Assembly: GCA_963771075.1 (NCBI GenBank)
Contig: CAVYSE010000028.1
Location: 128,001 to 192,000, forward strand
DNA length: 64,000 nt
From: a candidate division FCPU426 bacterium
GTDB taxonomy: Bacteria; Oederibacteriota; Muellerivitia; Muellerivitales; Muellerivitaceae
Reading direction: 5' to 3'
The position numbers and the translations under genes were made by a program. Positions 58,336 through 64,000 of the stretch are shown here, piece after piece (within the stretch, counting starts at the first letter, position 1; every line of letters starts with the position of its first letter). The notes under the pieces are model-generated. The model saw nothing but the letters and a program-made list of their open reading frames with translations. It was not told the DNA's origin and did no database searches.

Positions 58336-60852
58336 ATGCGGTTGCGTCCAATCCCAAAATTTATCAGTCGATTATTTCCCGTCCTGATTCTGATTTTCCT
58401 CGGTACGGCTCCACCCGTCCAGGCTGGAATTTCCAGCCAAGGGACCGACTTTTGGGTCACCTTTCCCCAGGGTGTCAGCGCCAATGACATGCAATTATTC
58501 ATCACCAGTGCGTTGGGAGCCTCCGTTACCATCCAGGCCCCGGGCCCGGGTTTTAACACAACCGCGACCGTGGCCCCGGGCGGCGCGGCCACCATCCTTC
58601 TCCCCCCCTCGCTCGAAGCCACCGCCACCGACGGGATCCAATCCATCGGAATTCAAGTGACCGCCTCGAACCTGATATCCCTGTATGGTTTTAATTACAT
58701 CCCCCAGGGGACGGGCGCTTTCCTGGCCCTTCCCGTGGAGGCTCTGGGGACCCGTTATTTGGTTTCTTCTTATTACAACGAATCGTATGAAGGCAACTCG
58801 ATCCTGGGGAGCGAGTTCGCGGTCGTGGCCGCCCAGGACTGCACCCACGTCACCATCACGCCCCGGGTTAACTTGGGAACCCACCTCGCCAATACCCCTT
58901 ACGGAGTGACGTTGGGGCAGGGCCAGGTTTACCAGCTTCAAGACCAGCTGTTGAACACGGACCTGACGGGCACCCTCATTACTTCGGATAATCCCGTGGC
59001 CGTCATCGGCGGACACCTCTGTGCCTACGTGCCGCTCTATACCCCATCCTGCAACCTTCTTGTCCAGCAGTTCTGGCCCACGCAATGGTGCGGCACCCGT
59101 TTCGTGACCATGCCCTTCTACTCCAGGTCGAACGGGGACACCTTCCGGGTCCTGGCCACGGCCGACGGGACCAGCGTTCAAATCAACGGGATGATCGCCA
59201 GCTTGAACCAGGGCCAATGGTACGAGACCACCGCCAGCGTTCCCCTCTACGTCACCGCCAATAATCCGGTCTACCTGGTTCAATACGCCAACGGCCAGGA
59301 ATGGGACGGCGATCCGAACGCGGACCCCACCATGATTTCCATCCCGCCCATCAGCGAGTTCGCCTCGAATTACCAGGTGGCCAACGAGTCCCTGAGCTTC
59401 ACCGGTAATTACGAGAACCTGCTGGCGCCCACCGCATCGGCGGCTTCCATCTCCATTGACGGGACGGCCTTTCCTTCCGCTTATTGGACCCCCATTCCCG
59501 GGAGCGGCTATTCGGGGATTCAAGTTTCGGTGGCCGTGGGTGTACAACGTTCGACCGGACCCGTCCCCTTTGGGGTGATCGCCTATGGTTTCGGTTCCGC
59601 CGACGCTTATGGCTATCCGGGCGGGGTTTCTTTCACCAGCAACACACCGGTTCCCACCCAAACGCCCGGGGCGCCTTGCTTTACCCTCACCTTCAGCCCC
59701 ACCCCCTCGATGACCTCCACATCCACCCCCAGCCTTTCCCCGACCATTACGCAAACCCGCACAGCCACCTCTTCCCCTACCCCAACCTCAACGCCCACTT
59801 CAACGCGTACTCCCACCCTAACCTTCACCCGCACCTTCACCTCCACCCCCACCGTTACTTCCACTCCCAAGTTCACGTCCAGCCCTACCATCACGGGCAC
59901 CCCAACCGATTCCCCAACTCCTACCGAGACGACCACGGTAACCCTTTCCCCGACATTCACTCCCACGGGCACCTGTACCCCCACCCTCACTCTGACGCAA
60001 AGCCCCACACCTTCCAATACTTCAACCTGGACTTCGACTTTTACCCCAACGGGAACACCCACCTTCTCCCCAACTCCCACGACAACACCATCCATCACGG
60101 TTAGCCCCAGCCCTACCCCTACGGGTTCTCCCACCTCAAGCTGGACCCCATCTTCCACCCCAACTCCCAGCCTAACGCCAAGCCCAAGTTCCACTATTAC
60201 CGGCATTTTCACGGAGACCTATACTCCGGCGATTACCGTAACTTTGAGCTCAACGCCCTCTCCAACCTTTACCCTTTCGGCATCCCTTACCCCCAGTTGG
60301 ACCCTATTCACTGCGACTCCAACCCGGACAGCAAGCCCTACCCCCACTCTTATCCCTACCTTATCAAATACGATCACCGACAGCCCCACCGGAACGCCCT
60401 CGCCCATTCCCACAACCACTTCCCCACCCTCTCCGATGCCGACCTCAACTTCGGACCCTACCTTAACCCCAACCTCATCGGCCACTGTTTATCCCTTTCC
60501 AACCCCATCCGCCACTCCCACGCCAAACGACTCGGTGACGACTGCAGCTTCCCCCACCTCCACGCCCAATTGGAATACTTGCCCGATCGAAGTATGGCCC
60601 GACCCCTTCAACCCTGACCATGCGGTGGGAGGCGTATTGAAGGTGTCTTGTCTGCCCCCCGGTGCTTATGTGGATTTCTACACCGTCTCGGGTGAAAGGG
60701 TTCAACGGGTCCAGGAAACCAACGGATTGGCCCTGTGGAGCGGGCTCAACCGGTATGGTTCTCCCGTCTCAAGCGGAATTTATTACTACGTTGTTATTTC
60801 TGGCGGAAATACGCTTCTGGAGGGAAAAATTCTTCTGTCGAGGAACGAATAG
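58336..60852 (+). CDS. Secreted IgGFc-binding-domain protein with Thr/Ser/Pro stalk and FlgD-Ig/T9SS-CTD-like C-terminus
   Basis: [47 protein letters not shown]; long TPT region; WPDPFNP...YTVSGERV...SSGIYYY...KILL. Confidence 0.82.
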   Translation: MRLRPIPKFISRLFPVLILIFLGTAPPVQAGISSQGTDFWVTFPQGVSANDMQLFITSALGASVTIQAPGPGFNTTATVAPGGAATILLPPSLEATATDGIQSIGIQVTASNLISLYGFNYIPQGTGAFLALPVEALGTRYLVSSYYNESYEGNSILGSEFAVVAAQDCTHVTITPRVNLGTHLANTPYGVTLGQGQVYQLQDQLLNTDLTGTLITSDNPVAVIGGHLCAYVPLYTPSCNLLVQQFWPTQWCGTRFVTMPFYSRSNGDTFRVLATADGTSVQINGMIASLNQGQWYETTASVPLYVTANNPVYLVQYANGQEWDGDPNADPTMISIPPISEFASNYQVANESLSFTGNYENLLAPTASAASISIDGTAFPSAYWTPIPGSGYSGIQVSVAVGVQRSTGPVPFGVIAYGFGSADAYGYPGGVSFTSNTPVPTQTPGAPCFTLTFSPTPSMTSTSTPSLSPTITQTRTATSSPTPTSTPTSTRTPTLTFTRTFTSTPTVTSTPKFTSSPTITGTPTDSPTPTETTTVTLSPTFTPTGTCTPTLTLTQSPTPSNTSTWTSTFTPTGTPTFSPTPTTTPSITVSPSPTPTGSPTSSWTPSSTPTPSLTPSPSSTITGIFTETYTPAITVTLSSTPSPTFTLSASLTPSWTLFTATPTRTASPTPTLIPTLSNTITDSPTGTPSPIPTTTSPPSPMPTSTSDPTLTPTSSATVYPFPTPSATPTPNDSVTTAASPTSTPNWNTCPIEVWPDPFNPDHAVGGVLKVSCLPPGAYVDFYTVSGERVQRVQETNGLALWSGLNRYGSPVSSGIYYYVVISGGNTLLEGKILLSRNE
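59650..60570 (+). repeat. Low-complexity Thr/Pro/Ser coding repeat (mucin-like stalk)
   Basis: Dense ACN/CCN/TCN codons within the 58336-60852 ORF. Confidence 0.85.
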
Positions 60853-60893
60853 TGGGGGGAAAGCCGGAAACCGAAACGCCCGGAAATCCATCC

Positions 60894-61779
60894 CTACTTT
60901 TTCAGCTTTTTCCCCGCGGCGGCGTCCAGCAAAAAGTCGAACTGGCCATCCGTGGGGCGGATGTATTGGATCGGATATTTCGGAGGGTCCTTCGGGCCTT
61001 CCAAAACTTCCTTCACCCTCTCCGCTTTCTTGTCCCCTTCCACCAGGACCATCACCATGCGGGCGGCGTTCAAAACCGGAAGGGTCAGGGTCACCCTTTC
61101 CTTGCGTTCGGCATCGACCTGATAACCCACCACCCATTTATCCGTCTCGTTCAGGTACTGCACGCCGGGAAACAGGCTGGCGGTATGTCCGTCCTCGCCC
61201 ATTCCTAAAAGGACAAGGTCAAACCTGTGGAATTTTGGTTTCCGTCCCGAAAAATTTCAATAGCCTCGTTTCATAAGCCGAAGCCGCCTGGTCCACCGGC
61301 AAAACGCCCTTGGTCATGGGAAAAATATTTTCCTTGGGGATTTTCACCTTGGACAAGAAGGATTCCTGGGCCATCCGGTAGTTGCTGTCCGGGTGGTCCA
61401 AGGGCACATGGCGTTCGTCCACCCAGAACACGAAGGTCTTTTCCCAGGGCATGAGGTTCAAGACCGGCTCCTCGGTGAGCTGCTGGAACAATCCCTTGGG
61501 AGTGGTTCCCCCCGAGAGGGCCAGAATAAACCTTCCCCGGGCATCCACCGCTTCCCGGGCCCGCATCATCACGACCGGAGCGGCTTCCTCGAACAAAATT
61601 TCCTTCGTGGGATAAACCCGGACTTCGGGGTTAAATACGGGAACCTTCGGCCTCGATGGGGTTTTGGGGGTGTCTTTTAACGCGCGGGAATGGGGTATCT
61701 TTTTTACGACGGTCATTTTATTTTTGGCTTTGGGTTGGCTTTTCTTCTTGAGGACGACGGCTTTCTTGGCTGGGCTCAT
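60894..61779 (-). CDS. pgl: 6-phosphogluconolactonase, split by a frameshift near 61225
   Basis: LSGGTTP, FWVDERHVP...DSNY in the first frame; RFDLVLLGMGEDGHTASLFP and RVTLT in the second. Confidence 0.9.
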
Positions 61780-61945
61780 ATTTTCATTTCCCCCGGGAAC
61801 AGGAAGGGCCGGGCCTGAACTCCCGAATCCAACGGCCCGGCGGGGGATAGGGGAAAAGGAGGAGGCAACCTCCTAACCTTCGCATTGTAGCAACGGGAAG
61901 AGCCCCATTCCAACCGGCGGAGGGCTTGTCGAGGCGATTGTTCCG

Positions 61946-63049
61946 TTAAATCCGTGCCTTTTCCAGTATGGAGCTCGCCACTTTCATCATCTTTTCAAAA
62001 GCGGTGTCGGTTTCCAAATGCCGCAAGCCCAGGGAGAGCAGCTCATAGGTGTGCAGGTGCTCGAAAGTGACCGTGCGCGAGAAGGTCGTCCGGCTTTCCA
62101 CCTGGGCCCGGGCCTTGACGCTAAAGGGATCCTCCGCCCGGTCCACGGTGAAAAGGCCGGGTTTGTCCCCGCCCGTGGCGAGACCGACGGAATAAATACG
62201 GTCCTTGAGTTCGTCCTGGACGGGAACAGGTTCAAGTCTCACGAAGACCTCGCCCTGGGGCCCGTTAAATTTCAACTCTTTCGGATTGGAAGCGATCGGG
62301 GGACCCGCGTAACGCCATCCCAGCTGGGCGGCCAGCCAGCAGGCCAGGTAAAAGGGCCTCACGGGTTGGGCCGGAGCCCCGAACTTCACGGTGACTTCCC
62401 TTATCCGGGGAAGGTATTGGGCCCACTCCCCGTCGAACAATTCGGCGATGAGCGCCCGCCAGCGGTTCAGCCTCACCCAGTTCAGGTCCCCCAGGTGGAC
62501 GCGAGGATAGGTCCCCTTCCAGGTTTCGGCGAGGGTCACCAGTTGATTCACGAAGCCAGCGAAGCGGGAGGAATCCACCCAGACCCGGGTGGATTCTCCG
62601 GCCATCTGGCTGAAAAAGGGATGACGGGGTGCCAGGGCCCCCGGCCACCAGAATTCCACCGGGAGATCGGGCAATAGGTTCGAGAAGGCCAGCCCGTAAA
62701 GATGTTCCATGGCGTCGGGCCGGGCCACCAGCTGCACCAGCTCGCAGCAAACCCTTTTCTCTCGCTCTTGGAACAGGAAACAATGGCCAGAAAGCATGGG
62801 CGTGACGGAGGGAAGGGGTTCCTCACCGTCCTCTTCCCCCGGGCGCACCAATAGATACCGGCCCGGGTGGATCTCCGCCAGGTGGTGCAGGGTCCTTTCC
62901 ACCCGGAAGGCATCCGTGGGGTTCTCGGTGTAGGACACCAGGTTGGTGGTATAGACCCGCTGAAGCCCCAGGTCCTTTTCCTTATCCCCGGGCAGGGCCT
63001 TCCATAATTCGGCCAGGTCCTTCTCGATCCGCTGGGCTGTTAACGCCAT
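61946..63049 (-). CDS. opcA: Glucose-6-phosphate dehydrogenase assembly protein OpcA
   Basis: HPGRYLL, CCELVQL, LLPDLPVEFWWPG, VDS, DLNWVRLNRWR; directly downstream of zwf. Confidence 0.92.
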   Translation of the reverse strand: MALTAQRIEKDLAELWKALPGDKEKDLGLQRVYTTNLVSYTENPTDAFRVERTLHHLAEIHPGRYLLVRPGEEDGEEPLPSVTPMLSGHCFLFQEREKRVCCELVQLVARPDAMEHLYGLAFSNLLPDLPVEFWWPGALAPRHPFFSQMAGESTRVWVDSSRFAGFVNQLVTLAETWKGTYPRVHLGDLNWVRLNRWRALIAELFDGEWAQYLPRIREVTVKFGAPAQPVRPFYLACWLAAQLGWRYAGPPIASNPKELKFNGPQGEVFVRLEPVPVQDELKDRIYSVGLATGGDKPGLFTVDRAEDPFSVKARAQVESRTTFSRTVTFEHLHTYELLSLGLRHLETDTAFEKMMKVASSILEKARI

Positions 63050-63065
63050 AAAACACCTCGAAAGT

Positions 63066-63189
63066 CAGTCCGCAGCCGGCAATCCACTGCCGACAAAGAC
63101 AAAACGTTCTATTAGATTTTCTTTGCGGTCACCGCAAAGGTGACGGTTTTTCTCTTTTCCTGTCGACTGTCAACTGCGAACTGCCAACT
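63066..63189. repeat. Intergenic element with heptamer tandem repeats and a central hairpin
   Basis: CTGTCGA-CTGTCAA-CTGCGAA-CTGCCAA at 63160-63187, roughly inverted heptamers at 63066-63086, hairpin CTTTGCGGT-C-ACCGCAAAG at 63121-63139. Confidence 0.6.
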
Positions 63190-63193
63190 TCCT

Positions 63194-64000
63194 TTAAAGG
63201 TGCCGCCATTCCCGCCAGGGCTGGCCCAGCAGGGCGTTCGCGGATTCCGGCCCCCAGGTGCCCGCCTCGTAATTGGGGAAATATTCCTTGGGCCGGGTGG
63301 TCTCCCAGGCGTTCAAGATCGGCATCACCGCGCTCCAGGCCGCCTCGGCCTCGTCCCCGCGGATGAAAAGGGTGGCGTCCCCCAGCATGCAGTCGAGCAA
63401 AAGCCGTTCGTAGGCCTCGCTGGTGCCTTCCGCGAAGCTGGTGTTGTAGCGGAAGTCCATGTTGACCGTGCGCACTTCCATCGTCATGCCCGGCACCTTG
63501 GTCTCGAATTTCAGCGTGATGCCCTCGTCCGGCTGGATGCGCACCACCAAAACGTTCGGCGAGAGCTCGCCCAGGTTGCCTTTGAAAAGCAGGTTGGGCG
63601 GTTCCTTGAATTGGATGGCCACCTCGGTGGCGCGCTTGGGAAGCCTCTTTCCCGAGCGCAGGAAGAATGGCACCCCATGCCAGCGCCAGGTATCGAGGAA
63701 GACTTTCACCGCCGCGTAGGTGGGGGTGGTGGAAGAGGGCTTCACCCCCTCCTCCTCCCGGTAGCCCGGTACCTTTTCGCCCGCCCAAAAAACCCGGGCC
63801 GTACTGGCCCCGCACCGCCCATTGTTCCACTTCCCCCTCGGGGATGGGGCGAATGGAGCGCAAGTATTTTCAGTTTCTCGTCCCGGATGGCGTTGGCCTC
63901 GAAGGCCGCGGGAGGTTCCATGGCCACCAGGCACAATCACCTGCAAGAGATGGTTCTGGAACATGTCCCGCATGACTCCCGAGGATTCGTAATAGCCCGC
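63194..64000 (-). CDS. zwf: Glucose-6-phosphate dehydrogenase, 3' part, with three apparent +1 indels
   Basis: YYESSGVMRDMFQNHLLQ, AMEPP, IRDEK, VRGQY, WRWHGVPFFLRSGKRL, RIQPDEG, AYERLL; the motifs step through all three frames between 63785 and 63935. Confidence 0.95.
   Translation of the reverse strand, partial: AGYYESSGVMRDMFQNHLLQVIVPGGHGTSRGLRGQRHPGRETENTCAPFAPSPRGKWNNGRCGASTARVFWAGEKVPGYREEEGVKPSSTTPTYAAVKVFLDTWRWHGVPFFLRSGKRLPKRATEVAIQFKEPPNLLFKGNLGELSPNVLVVRIQPDEGITLKFETKVPGMTMEVRTVNMDFRYNTSFAEGTSEAYERLLLDCMLGDATLFIRGDEAEAAWSAVMPILNAWETTRPKEYFPNYEAGTWGPESANALLGQPWREWRHL

Noticed and set aside
58495..60485. Minus-strand ORFs including Val/Gly-rich elastin-like repeats
   Set aside because: Reverse complement of the IgGFc domain and Thr/Pro stalk codons.
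61200..63940. Programmed ribosomal frameshifting in pgl and zwf
   Set aside because: No consistent slippery sites; three shifts within ~150 bp fit sequencing error better.

Overview
This is a GC-rich chromosomal window from a diderm bacterium (outer-membrane beta-barrels, TonB/ExbBD, lipoproteins). The many Pro/Thr-rich secreted proteins suggest an uncultured candidate-phylum lineage such as FCPU426, but that is a weak inference. 1-11.3 kb is a minus-strand chemosensory operon: cheA (with an extra CheW domain), cheW, TonB-dependent receptor, yfiR, an MCP with a YfiN-type CHASE8 sensor, cheY, cheB and an apparent cheR::cheX fusion. The receptor gene is cleanly interrupted by a 1413-bp IS4 element with a 9-bp target duplication. 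This receptor/YfiR/chemoreceptor wiring is the best candidate for an undescribed system. The rest is housekeeping and envelope genes: sua5, M32 carboxypeptidase, acyl-CoA ligase, system II cytochrome c biogenesis, livGF, tonB/exbBD, serS, two tRNA-Ser, perR/ahpC, tkt, thrH and zwf-opcA-pgl. It also holds a duplicated cassette of a small beta-barrel plus NHL-repeat lipoproteins, an IgGFc-binding mucin-like protein with a T9SS/FlgD-like tail, and several miniature palindromic elements. One of these sits in frame inside ccsA and others flank the tRNAs. Several genes carry single-base frameshifts that look like assembly indels. No CRISPR array, rRNA or prophage was seen. All family calls are motif recognition by eye; no database search was run.
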